From NCBI GenBank assembly GCA_043228905.1, contig JBHGNT010000021.1:1054001-1118000 (forward strand): a DNA stretch of 64,000 nucleotides, in the 5' to 3' direction. Shown piece after piece: positions 25,421 through 38,700 of the stretch. Position 1 is the stretch's first letter. Every line of letters starts with the position of its first letter. This DNA is from Azolla caroliniana. Taxonomy: Eukaryota; Plantae; Polypodiophyta. Position numbers and translations under genes: made by a program. The notes beneath the pieces are model-generated. The model was not told the origin of the DNA, ran no database searches, and worked only from the letters and a program-made list of their open reading frames with translations.

Positions 25421-26748
25421 ATGGAACCGAAAGTGCTAAAAATAAAGACTTAGATCCTTGGGAGATTTAATTTGGCTCCTTGATAATGCACAACAAGAAA
25501 TGGTCTTATTATCACATACTTCAATTCTTGATAGCCATAGTACACGATTATATTTAATGTATTTTGAAAAGAACACACTTAAAAACTTATGGTAGTTACC
25601 ATATTACAGATTTGATCTGGCTACCTTGCAACACATAATATGAAAGTTATGTTATCCTTACATTTACTATACATCACAATGTCCCTAATGTACCAGAGAT
25701 TATTACTCATACGTGAGTTTTGTGCATGTTCATTCTAGAAAAAGAATGATTTAAATAAGAAATGTCGTTGACTATTAGATTGATTAGAGATTTATCATAC
25801 TACACTGAACACAATTCTTTCTTCAAAAGGTGAAAGAAGTTAAGATGATTATGATGTTTAGATCCTAAAAAAAGTGATCAGACTTTGTAGATGATGATTT
25901 ACACAATTTTCAGCAATTATAGTGGTAACTCCCAAAGATGATAAAACAGTAGATGATTCATACAATATTACTGTAAAGGCAAGTCATTGCAAACTGCCTA
26001 CAATGTCTTGTAACAATGGTAACAAATGAGTCATTTACCTACCCACCAGTGGTCAGTGGCTAGATGCTAATTTTGAGATACACCTCGACTATTGAAGAAA
26101 TGAATCTCAAGCTAACATAAAGACTACTACATTGTAAAATTTGATTACCATAACAAACAGTGTAGTATAAACTGAGCTTTTGGAGGGTCTTAAAACTGAA
26201 ACCATGAATCTGGAGGTTTTCTATCTTAACGCTCATTATACACTTTGCTGCATGGTTGTGACAACACATGTAACTAGAAATTATGGGAGTTTGGGGAAAC
26301 AAACTTCAATCAATGCATTTCTACTTTAATAAGAGAACAAAGATATGGAAGATACATACCCATAATTTGAAAGGTCAAACCAAGAATATTAGAATCCACT
26401 CTGCATTTTTCTGAGCGTGGAGCGATGAATGCTTTAGAAAAAATACAACCTTATGACTGATTGTATACCATGTCCATCTAGATTGTTGTTAACCTAAACT
26501 AGATGACACAAGGATTTGATCCAGTCTGCAAATAAATAGTATACAAGACATTCCGAGGCATGTATCATTTATTATTATACACACCATTAATGATATACAT
26601 TCTACGTATATACACAGACAAACACTGCCACAGAGGGAGACAGAGAGAGAGAGAGAGCTGTTCAGTTTCCTCCAGCCTTCCGTAAGTTATTCACCTTCTT
26701 GTAGCCCTGATTTGACACTGATAATACACTGCTCATTGAGGAAAATGC

Positions 26749-29700
26749 TTACTCTAGCTTCAGGTTGTTGCAAATATGAGAAAGCTCGGGTCTTGCTTGC
26801 ATCCACTCACTAAAGAGCCTTTCTCCAGCATTTGTGCTATTATGTAATGCAACACAACTGAACAAGTATGACCGGAATGCTATAAGGAAGCAGTACCTCC
26901 TGTAAGATTGTTTTAATGTAAAATCAGTCCTCTATTACTGAACACAGAAGAACCTTAAGGCTTATATTGCAGTTTTGGAGAGTAAAAATTGACTTGTCTT
27001 GAATGCTTTGATATTCTAAAAACTCCTACAGATAAGAAAATTTCAAGATATCTGTAGCAAGATTTTCATGTCCTTTGATAACATTTGGCTCTACTTTATC
27101 ATCAAGGTTTCTGAAAAGATTAACTCAATTTTACAAAACAGTAGGAATTGAGGAGTAGTCAACAATAACCTACATTACATGAAATGCTAACGTATTTGCA
27201 TTCTTTTACGTACAAAATTTCCCTTTCTTTTAATATCGCCGATGATTGTCATCAATATTTTTTATTAGCAAGACTTTGAGTTTCCTTCCTTTGTACCGAA
27301 CTTGAGACTAGGATGATACGTGGTCTAAATTGGGAGCATTTTAACTGCACAGTTAGCTCTTCTCAGTGTTTCATTAATCAATCCAGTGTATTATGCGTAG
27401 GCAGCTCACTCAATCAGTCCCACTCAGACTGATAAGGTCCTTTTGGGGGGTTGGGGAGGCAGGGGTCAATCCCCCATCGAATCAACAAGTAACTGTATAA
27501 ATCAGACTGTTTTAACTCTTTGTGAATAATAATTGGTTTTTCCACTTAGATATGTACAATGTAGCAGCATGGGCCCTGATCGTGCAGAAAGTACTTATAT
27601 CTCATCTGAGCAGATTGTTTTCATCCCCCTAGGGTCTTGTAATGTCTTTCTATGGTATAACAGGCCTTTTGTTTCTTTATTTTGTTTCAGACTTGGAACT
27701 AGGATGATATGTTGTCTAAATCGAGAATAAAAAAATAACCAAACCTTTTACAGGCCTTTTGTTTCCATACTGTCCCAACTTGGAACTATGATGATATGTT
27801 ATCTAAATCAAGAATATAAAAATAACCAAACCATTTACATGCCTTTTGTTTCCATACCCTCCCAACTTGGAACGAGGATGATATGTTGTCTAAATCAAGA
27901 ATATAAAAATAACCAAAACATTTACCTAAGAACTTTAATGCCCATGTCTAGGTTATGATTTCTGTAATCCTCAATGGCAGAACTACCACATTTTGACTGC
28001 TGCTTGTAGAAAACAATGTCCTTGTGGAGATTCCCAGCAACTCGACATCTGTGCATATAGAAGTAGTGCAAGTATAATATATGTAGTTCACACTCCTAAA
28101 TCCTACATTATTTCATACAGTAGTACTATATCAAAACAGGGTATATATATACCTGTCAATTACTTTATCAACTTGTGCTTTACTGGCAGGGCCATTCGCC
28201 AATACCCTAGTCAAGCTCAAAACATCACGGTAATCACCCTCTTTATATGTTTCGTCAGTGTCATCGTAATGTTTTGAGATCGTTTGAACTACCTCTGGTC
28301 CTGATGGTCTTTTTGAAGAAGAGGCTGATCTTCTCAATAATTCATTCTTGGCCTGAAATATCAAGCAAGATATTGCCATTGCATATGCAACCCCGCCATA
28401 TCCAGTATGAGATATAAACAAATAGTTTGTTTTTCCATCATCCCTGCACAGAGAGAAAATCAAAGAATGTTTGTTAATTGTAAAAGGACAATTTTGAAAG
28501 ATTGTATTTCAACATATGACGCTAATGCTGCTGCTCAGATGTGTTGTTTTATAGAATATCAGTTTATTATGTGACAGCTCAAATAAAAAAGAAGTTAGAA
28601 GCAATAATTTGAATGGACCACAATGGGCAATAATGATAGTGCTAGAAAGGAACAAATTCAGTGGAGGATATGTTATGGTTAACTTTCCATTCAACCCCTG
28701 TTGGAACCTTATTAGGCCATAAGTTATCATGAAAGAGAAGACTAACTTTTTTCTTACAACTCATAGACTAAAGCAACCAAGATCAAATGCTATGCCATCT
28801 AAGGCGATCATAGTAGTTTCAAATTGCTATCTCAGTATAAACCCTAAACCGAAATTGCTACCTTGATATAAACCCTAAACTCTATAACAGAATTCAGTAG
28901 CGTACAATATCGTACTTTATCCCATGAGTTGCAGGCTCTTTAGATAGATTGTTGAAGAGGGTTCTTACACAGCCAAATAGAGTTTATACCGTGCATAATC
29001 ATGTGCCTATTAGTGAAGGTAATAGAGCATCAAATAAGAAATATTATTAAGTTTATTTCCTTTTAATAAGCAAAAGAACATAATAGAAATGACATATACA
29101 ACGGCTTAACTAGAAAGAGACACTTGAAAGAGAGAGAGAGAGAGCAACAGGAAAGAACAAGCAAGAGGAAGGAAATAAAAAAACAGGTTTCTATAGTACC
29201 AACACCCACTTTTGTACACGCCTCTGGATAGCATCGACATCAGCTGGAGTTGCCTCCCGTTCTCGTGTCAATGGAATACGTTTGTAGTCAATGTTGTAAC
29301 CAAGGTTCTTAAGATTAGCATATACTTCTGCAGGTGTCCATACATCAGCATCTGTGACCATTTCCCAGTATCCAATAATTTCTGATCGGTTAGATACAAG
29401 ATTCGTCTCTTCGCGATGAAGCAAAACTCTGCCTGCAGACCTTGAGGCCTCACTAAGTATATCTTGCTTTAATCTGTTCTCCATCTGTTCAACCTATGAA
29501 CATAACAAGACAATGCTTCTTTTAAATGTCAAAGGTAACAATTCAACTATCCAACCATTTTTACTGTGGGATGCAATTACTCTTACAGCTGGGCCAGAAA
29601 TGCCAACATGCTTGAGTGTATTAACTGGCTGGTCTAGCTCACGCAAAACAAAAGGCTTTCCATGAATATAAACCACAACTTCTTCTCTTAAATCAGTGAC

Positions 29701-32700
29701 AACAACATGGAATAGATCATCTGACCCTGAAGGTTCTGCATTAAGGTGAGCCAAAATTGCTTTTGCCCCATCCACTGTAGGGGTGGCAGAACTGTATACT
29801 GGAACCTCATCAACCTGATGAGTTCATAAAATTATAGAGAATTAGTGTACAAAAAGTACTAATTAGGCTCTGATCAACATATGACTGCCTTCACTTACAT
29901 AAAAAATTTAGAGCTATGTTGATACAGACACAGAACAGCTTAGATGGTCATGTACTTTTCCCATGAATGTTCATTCATTACTGAATATTTAAGTTCGACT
30001 CTTCTAAAAAGGGAATATCACGTCATTATTGACCTATGACCAAAACTATAGTGATGGGAACTGTAAAAGACCTTGCAAACATGAGGTGATCCCTCGATAT
30101 CGATGTATTCTGATGATGTCTTTTGACCAGGGAAAAAGTACATTTTAAGGATCGATCGTTTAACAAGAACTGAGCCACTTCGAGCTTTCACAACTGCCTC
30201 CATGACAGGATCACCTTCATTTTCTTCAGCAAAAGGTGAAACTCTTGATTCCTGGTGAAAACGAATCCAATGACAGCATTATTGGTTCAAGTTAGTCCTC
30301 TAACGCAACAAGTAGTTTATATAACCAGAGAAGAAAAATATAATTTGTTGTCTTGTATGTTGTAATGCGTATCTCATAAAATCTTATTCCTATCACACAA
30401 GATGTTACGGATCTGAAAGGCATGATATAGGTTCTACGACCATTGATGCTTAGGTATTCCTCTAGTGAAGTGCATCAATTTTTCTGCCATGACCTTAGAT
30501 TATCTCTAAATTAACACTAAACCATGGGTATTACATCCATACTCTAATCCCATCACCTGTTGAGTAAGTTATAATCATAAGAATAAACCTGTCTTTGAGA
30601 TGCATCCTTAAATTCAGAAAATGAAAAACGGCTACTTAACAGAGAAGGATAGGAAATGACCGGAATCGCAAACACTTGTGAAGGTCTTAATCGAATATTC
30701 CACTTCATCTCTTGAATTTCTGGCATTTTGTGAAGCCATGCCTTGAACGTAGTACCTACACACCCTGGTGTGCAAAACCCATCAAAAGCTTCACTTCCAA
30801 GATATGTAATAAATGCAATCAGCATGAAATATCGTTCCAAATATTCAGTTCCTCGATCCAACGCAGCACGCCTTCTGTGATGTTCAAGAGTCTGATTATT
30901 AAACACTTTTCTGTAGTGCAGAATGGCCTGGCGCAGGTTTTGCATTCCAGCACATCGGTCTATAATAGCATCCAAAGTTTCTCGGTTCGCTACACCATTT
31001 TCCAAAATTCTGGTAATTTTCCGCACTAATGGTATATCGTCCATAACAAAACTTGATACAGAATTCTGTTTTTCTATGGCAAGGATTGCACTGGTACTGT
31101 TGTACGTTTCCATCTCATTCCCTGCCTCATCACCACTGCTTGATTCCATGTCAACATTTGAAGCTACTCTAGGGATACTCGGCAATCTCACTGGCCGCCC
31201 AAAGTCACACCGTAACTTGACAAGACATGCAATAACAGTGCCTGTTGCAGTACGACCACGCCCCATCTGATAATAGTAAAATATTTGAAATTTGATTCTG
31301 TCATTACGAAATTCTAACAGCATTTCCATGCACCTAACACAAAAGCACCTGTTGTGCCCTTTAGCATAACCCATATCACCATATATATGAACAGTGCTTA
31401 CATATCAACTGTTCACTCCTATGGTGTAAGGCCTATCATCATACAATGCCCAAATCCAAAATGTGCAATCATCTAGCAGCTTCTTCAATGTTAATATTTG
31501 AATATTTCTCCTAAGTTTTCATTAATTAACAAGCCAGGAGGCCTACAATTACCAAATGTCCACATCTATACAAGCCTATTCAAAATATATAGACCCAAGT
31601 CCACAAAAGACTGATGCAATAGTTCCTCAAACAATCATCTCACTGTCCTGAAAGCATCCACATAAAAACTAGTACATAGACAAATTTTGATGATAGGGAA
31701 AATACCAAAACGACCATTCCCAGTTAAAGTGCGGAAGCTCAAACAATGACACGACAAGATCAGCCTTTTGTACATGGTTGAACACATATGATGATTAGAC
31801 AAAGCAATTCACAGTATAAGAAAGATATATTAACGTCTTTTAAGACGCCAAAATGGCCTATAAGACCAAACAAGAGATTTCCTCTTAACTGTTGTCTCAT
31901 CTTTGAGAACAACAAATCAAAATAGAATAAGTATTAGTTAGTAAATATAAAAGTAAATAAGATAAAAACAAACAAGGGAAAAGAAGAAAGAAAAATACAC
32001 AGAATATGACCCTGGATATTGTCCAAGTTATGGTTTGTCATCAATTACTTTAGCGTAAAACCTTGACCAAGACAGTTCGTTACCTGGCAGTTGAAGACAA
32101 ACGCAGTATTTTGGCTTGCTGAAGCAATCGTAGCGGCAATAGATCCAAAATCAGAACTTCTAGGTGCTTTTCCATCTGTGATAGGCAAATGTATATATTC
32201 GACAGGAAAGCCATCAGATTGTAGTTGTTTGAAAACTTCAAGAGGAGTTTGAACTGTTTGCGCTGTCACCTGCTCCCAAACATCAAATATTTGGCCATCC
32301 TCTGTCTCATGGTTTACCATTATTGCACCATCATAGCGTTCAGCCTCTCGTAGTACATCTTCTTTTAGCCTGGCCTCCATCTTTTCAACCCTCTCTCTGT
32401 CAATCCCCTGAATACAAACAAAAGGTTGACAATTTAGTATTGCTACTAACTTTTTCTCTCAATATAACCAAAAGTTAAAATATATCTGATTTGAGAATCT
32501 TACATGTGCCGATAACAAGATTCTTTAGTCTCTTTTTATCTTATTTACTTTTATGCTTACTTAGTACAGCAACATTTATTTTATTTTGATTTGTTGTTCA
32601 CAAAGACGAGACAACATTTGAGACGTAATCTCTTGTTTGGTCTTATAGAACAGTTTGGCCACTTAGAAGACGGTAATACATCTGTCTTTCTCATAGTTCA

Positions 32701-35700
32701 ATCTGTTCTTAAAGGGCTTGTAAATGTAAAGCCTGATTAAATAATACTACTTATCGAGTTTGATTGACTTACAGTATATTCCAACATATTCTTGAATGGT
32801 CGCTCTACCTCTCGTAGCACAAAAGGCTTTCCATTAATATATATCACAGGTTCTTCCCTCATATTGTGCCACAATACGGGTCGTCCCAGTCTACAGCTAC
32901 CAATTCGATGCAATACACCAAGTATCCCATCAATAGTTGGATTAGCCACACCATATACAGGGAAGCCATCCACCTCCCTGAAATTTGGAGCCCCTTCTAT
33001 TCTTTCAAGTAAATTCAGATTCTGACATCCTGGATAATGATCACTTTTAAGTACCGTTTGACGTCCAAGAACCTCCCCATTCCGCATTGCAATAACAGCT
33101 TCTGTGTTGAATGGGTTTCCAGTGTCAAGCATAGAAGCTTTCTTGATGAAACCAGATGGCTTAGGGCCATAACTTAGAGAACGCATTGGATCTCTTCTTA
33201 ATAGCCTGCAGAATATCCATAACAATGAGTCTCTCTCTTGTTTTTTCTAAGATAATCATTTTCATCATTAGAGAAATACATAATGACAGACAGGTTACAT
33301 AATGCTCAGATTTCTGAAATATGCCTCATCGTGGAAAAAAGATTCATAAGAAACACGTTCCTATTTATGCATGAAAGAACAAAATTATTTGGCAAGATTC
33401 ATATGGATGACATCCATAAATAACTCAATTCTTGAGTATTTTATCTATAAATGTTTTTCTTTTAAGGATCAGTTGAAAATTATGCACACCAATATGCATT
33501 TAAGAAATCTTAGCACACCTTCTCAATATACTATATAACTCTGGCCTGGCTTTCATCCAATCTTGGAAACTGCCTTGTTCACTGGAATGACTGAACAGAG
33601 CAGACTGATCGGTATGTATATATACAGCAAAGCATATGAGGAAATAGTATCGCTCCAAGTATTCCACGAAAAAGTATAAGGCAGACTCCCTCTTTTTCTC
33701 ATCAGCTTGGCGATGGATGCTGTTACGATATCCTGCTATTGCCTCTCGTAAATTCTGCATCAGCAAAATAAGAAAGAAAAAACTTAGAAAAATAGCATTC
33801 AAAAAAATAAAGATGGGTTTGAGAAAAATATCCCCTAAAACATTTGGCTTGCTTATCACATAAGTAGTAATCCATATAAAGTGACTGGACGCGTTTCATA
33901 TACATGGGTTTCTGTTATAGGTATGATATTACCACAGGCATAAGATATACAAATAATGTTAACTAAATATCCATAAGATGGGCCGGAGGAAACACACCTG
34001 CATTGCAGAGCACATGTCAATCACCCGGTCGACCTGCCTTTTTCCTTCAACTCCCCCCTTGAACCAACAAAAGTAATAATTGTGAACCAATGGATTATGA
34101 ACAATCTTTTACAAAGGGATAGATTTTACATACCTCTAGTACGCGGATGAGACTGCGAATAACAGTATATTCACCTCTCCGTATTGCCTCTTCTGAATCA
34201 GGCACATCTTGGCATAGAGCTCCAGTTTGAAGCACTTGTCCGTAAGAGCTTGATCTCTTTATTCCTGTTTTAAACACACCAGAATATGATGTATATGTAA
34301 TCCACTTATCATCTGAATGATTTCATTCCATATAGAAGTAGATAATCTATGTGTTTCTCATAATAATACTACTCGTCCTAGCACCCTTTTTAACTGTTTT
34401 ACTCTTTTGTTAGATACTCAGAGTAACACATGAGCTTAAGCAAGAGTCACCTGTCAAACCAACTCGCTTTAAATGAACAAGTGTAGCAACTACCATTCCA
34501 GTTGTTGTTCGCCCACGGCCCATTTGACAATTGAAAATGATTGCAGTGTTTATATCTACTTTGGAAACACGTTGCACCTGTGGTATGAGAAATGACTCTA
34601 AATGTCATCATTTTATACCGTAACTGAGAAAACAATGACAAAAGCAGTAGTAGCAACACTAATAGAGATGTTATCCACCTTGATAGAGATGCCAAATTGG
34701 AGAGTAAAGAGTCAAAATAGTAGTGCGTCCATTTTAAAAGTTTGGACTTTGCACCCAGCTGTGATCAATAAAAATGTGAGCATTGCGATAAGGAATGAGG
34801 GAGGGTGCTTTAAATGCAACACATGGTCATTCTTCTTGAGACACACAAAAAACTACACCAACCCTACCTGGAAATGTTGCTTTCCACCTTCTATGCTATA
34901 ATGAGTTCTTCATACATTCTATGAACTCAAGAACTCACAAACATAAACTGATACTTGTGTCACTATCTCATACAATCTTGTGGGATTTTATGTGCATATT
35001 GTACAATTGACGCATGATTGCAGTCTGCAGGGACACTATTCTAGAAAAGGAAACCTGTCAATATATGTGGTGATGACTATAGTATGAGAAAGAAATTTTA
35101 TTGGCCTTAAAATTTTGATAAGAAGGGTCATGGGATCATAGTCTAGATGGATGTGGACCAACTTGCACCAAAAATTGCTATTGCCCGGTTGATTGTAAAC
35201 ATGGTGTTCCTCTAATTCCAAATCGCTATGGCACAATTAGCAGATCTGTTCCTCCATAGCTTTGCAAGCATATCTGCTTGTTTCAACTTCTAACTGATGT
35301 ATAGAGGTCATGAGTTGCCCTATCATCCAATAAAGAGAACAATAGACATGTGGATGTGGATCGACCTATGCTACAGATCTTTCAAAGACAAGTGTTACAA
35401 TATATCTTACTTGAGAATCTTACATGTAGGTATAACAAGATTCTTTAGTTTCTTTTTATCTTATTTATTTTAATTTTACTCAGTAACATTTATTTTATTT
35501 TGATTTGTTGTTCTCAAAGACGAGACAACACTTAAGATGTAATCTCCTGTTTGGTCTTATAGGCCATTTTGGCCTCTTAAAAGACGTTAATATATCTTTC
35601 TTTCTTCCTTCTGGGGGCATTCTCTATGTCTCCCAATCTCTGGAAGTATGATCTCTATGAATTTTTTATCAGTATACTCCATTCCATCACTCTAGAGAGA

Positions 35701-38700
35701 GGTTCAAATCCTTCTTTAGAAAGAAAGATATATTAACGTCTATTAAGAGGCCAAAATGGCCTATAAGACCAAACAAGAGATTACATCGTAAGTGTTGTCT
35801 CGTCTTTGAGAACAAACAAATAAAAAAAAATAAGTAAATAATACTCCGTAAATATAAAAGTATATAAGATAAAAAGAGACGAGGGAATCTGGTTTTTGGC
35901 ACATGTGAGATTCTCAAGTTAGATATATTGTAACTTTTGTCTTCGAAAGATCTCTAGCATAGGTCGATCCAGAATGGAAATGTCTCCGAAGCAAGGGAAG
36001 CACCTACGATGGCGGCAGATAATGGCTTTTATCTGTTGATGACAGGGTGTCGATGACAAGAGAGAATGATATCTTCCTCTGTTTCAGACTGGACAATGAC
36101 ATCCATAACTCTCCTCACATTCAACTTCCCAATTGCAACGCTGGCAGATGCAATCCCCTACAGTTATATGCCTAGTTCATCCAATCAATATCCTCAGATC
36201 ACAAAATAATGTCCAGACCTTCCTATAGTTGTGCTAAGATTAGTGACATGTATATGAAACCAACTGGGGATATGCATAAGAATAGGAACTTGTAATTGGC
36301 TATCAGTGTGCCTAGTTTTGTTTTAGATTAATTGTGTTTCCATAATGATATCTGTCCTTATCACTTGGTCATAACTTATAATGCACAGTCAAGGCTACTC
36401 AAATGGTGGGAAGTAAATCCATATACATGCCATGTACTTGGAACTGATCTTTTGTTTGTGTGTGCTAACAATTGATTTCAGCTTCCTCTGCTGGTTGTAT
36501 GGGCAAAGAAAGAGGCAATTGTGGGTAGCGATGCCTAGGTAATTCCCAGATTCCAAGTACACAATTTATAGCTGGGAAAAGTTACTTGCAACAATTGGAA
36601 TTGCTCCAACTCGGCTCAAACTACCTCATCTGATACTGAGACTGATGTTGACAAAAGGACTAAAGAATGGGAAGATAATTGGGGGGACAGATTCGGTCAC
36701 AAGAGTAATAAGATGACAATCGGACTAGGAGAGGGACATAATAAGTTAAATGGGCGATGGAATGAGGTTTTAAGGAGTACTAAAGGGGTTGATGGGATCA
36801 TGAATATTACCACTATATATTTTTCTGCTGATTAGGCCAAAACAATTCAGCATCACATGTGAGCAAAGTCATAATAATCATTGTCATGGTTTGTTCTCGT
36901 AGTTAATACAAAAAACTACAAAAGGGTGTATATTTATATGTTGGTTCAAGTCTACATCCATTCTTGATTTTGCAAGTGAATCACCTTATGGCATCAATAC
37001 GATCCACACCTATGTAGCAATGTCTATGGTAGTGTCCAATCACTATGATCCTCATTGGAATGTAAGCTGATCAGACTACGTTTACTTGGGTGCAACGTTA
37101 ACAGGTTACACATAGCAGTAAAGAAGTAGAAAATATATGCAAAACAGGTGCATATAACAATATTAATATAACATGCATAGCCAAAATGCACACAGAAAAG
37201 TTATAGAAAGTAGGGCCTCTTCCAATAACAATACCTACCAAGAAATCAAAATCTCTCTCCTTTGGAGACTTCTCATCTGTGATCGGTATTCGTTCATAAT
37301 CAACACGATAGCCTTCAGCTTGAAGTGCTTCATACACCTGTATCCTTCATTAGAATATTAATTATATGTATATGGAAAAAAAAAAAATGGAACTATACAG
37401 AGGTAAGAAAACATTTCTCTGGGGTATACCTCATGTGGAGTTTGCACAGAATTGAAAGATATTGGTTCCCACTGATCCACCATCTGGCCATCAGGAAGCT
37501 CGTCATTTACCAACACCTTATTCATGAAACTAGAAGAAAGAAAGGATGTATTATATATAGTCCATTTTGCCAAAATATGTTTAATCTTTGCAAAATACTA
37601 GGAATATATTTCCTAGCATTACCAGGCAGCTTCCTGCAAGACGTCTTCTTTAAGGCGAGTTTCCATCTCCTCAACTCTTGCTCGATTAATGCCCTAGAAA
37701 TGCAGAATAGACTTACAATTTCTTATGGGTCATTTACAGGAGCAAATTTTCATCTTTCGAAAGGTTAATTTTGCCAATGAAAACAGATCATGCAAGTGTG
37801 TTGACGGTCATTAATGACATAATTGAGTGATGTCAGAAAACTCACCCTATATTCAAGATTTGTGAAAGGGTGCTCCACTTCTCGAAGAACATATGGGCGG
37901 CCATTGATATATATCACCTGGAAAACTTATCCAAAATATATCAGAACTGGGTTTGGCTTATCCCTGGTATTTTTCAAGCGAAACAGAAATTAGCCTTCTG
38001 AGAAAATAACATACTGGTTCTTCCCGAAGATTGTGCCAAAGGACATGTCGGTTTGGACCATGTCTGCTTGCTCCCACCAAATCTAAAACCCTTCTAATGC
38101 CATCGACAGTTGGAATAGCTACACCATATATAGGCAAAGACCCAACCTGTCATAAATAGAGGAATATGCCAAGAAACTGAGTCCAAAGGTACATACAAAA
38201 TGTCAAGAATGTCAACACATGTTCAATGTTCCTCATGTGTGTAATATGTATGAGACCAAAAGGATCTAGGTTTACAAATCTACAATTCTCATAGAGCTGC
38301 GATTTATTGGCTGCAAGTGAAATCATTTAACAATGACTTAATCATGGCCTTTTTTCATACCTGAAAATATTTTTATTTTTTGAATTATCCTGACGTTCTA
38401 AAGTCATTTTTTAAGAGTTTTTCTAACATAACCAATGATGAGCCTATGGTGAAGGTAATTACTAGCTTTAGAAAAGTAAATGCTATAACTTTGTAGCAAT
38501 AAGATGATATAATAAACTCTATCCGGGAGTCCTTCATTTAAGAATGTACTATATTGGGATCCATGAGATAAGATAGGCATCTGTTCAGCAAGTCAGAAAT
38601 TGGGTTATGAACCATAATTAAAGAATGGATGAGATGGAATATGAATATTTTGTTGGGTAACATCTGGTCACAGATGTAAAATAAAATTTGGTAGATACAT

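Noticed and set aside
28835-28882. Two AAACCCTAAA telo-box/telomere-like motifs
   Set aside because: Part of a short local duplication inside an intron; no array or promoter context.
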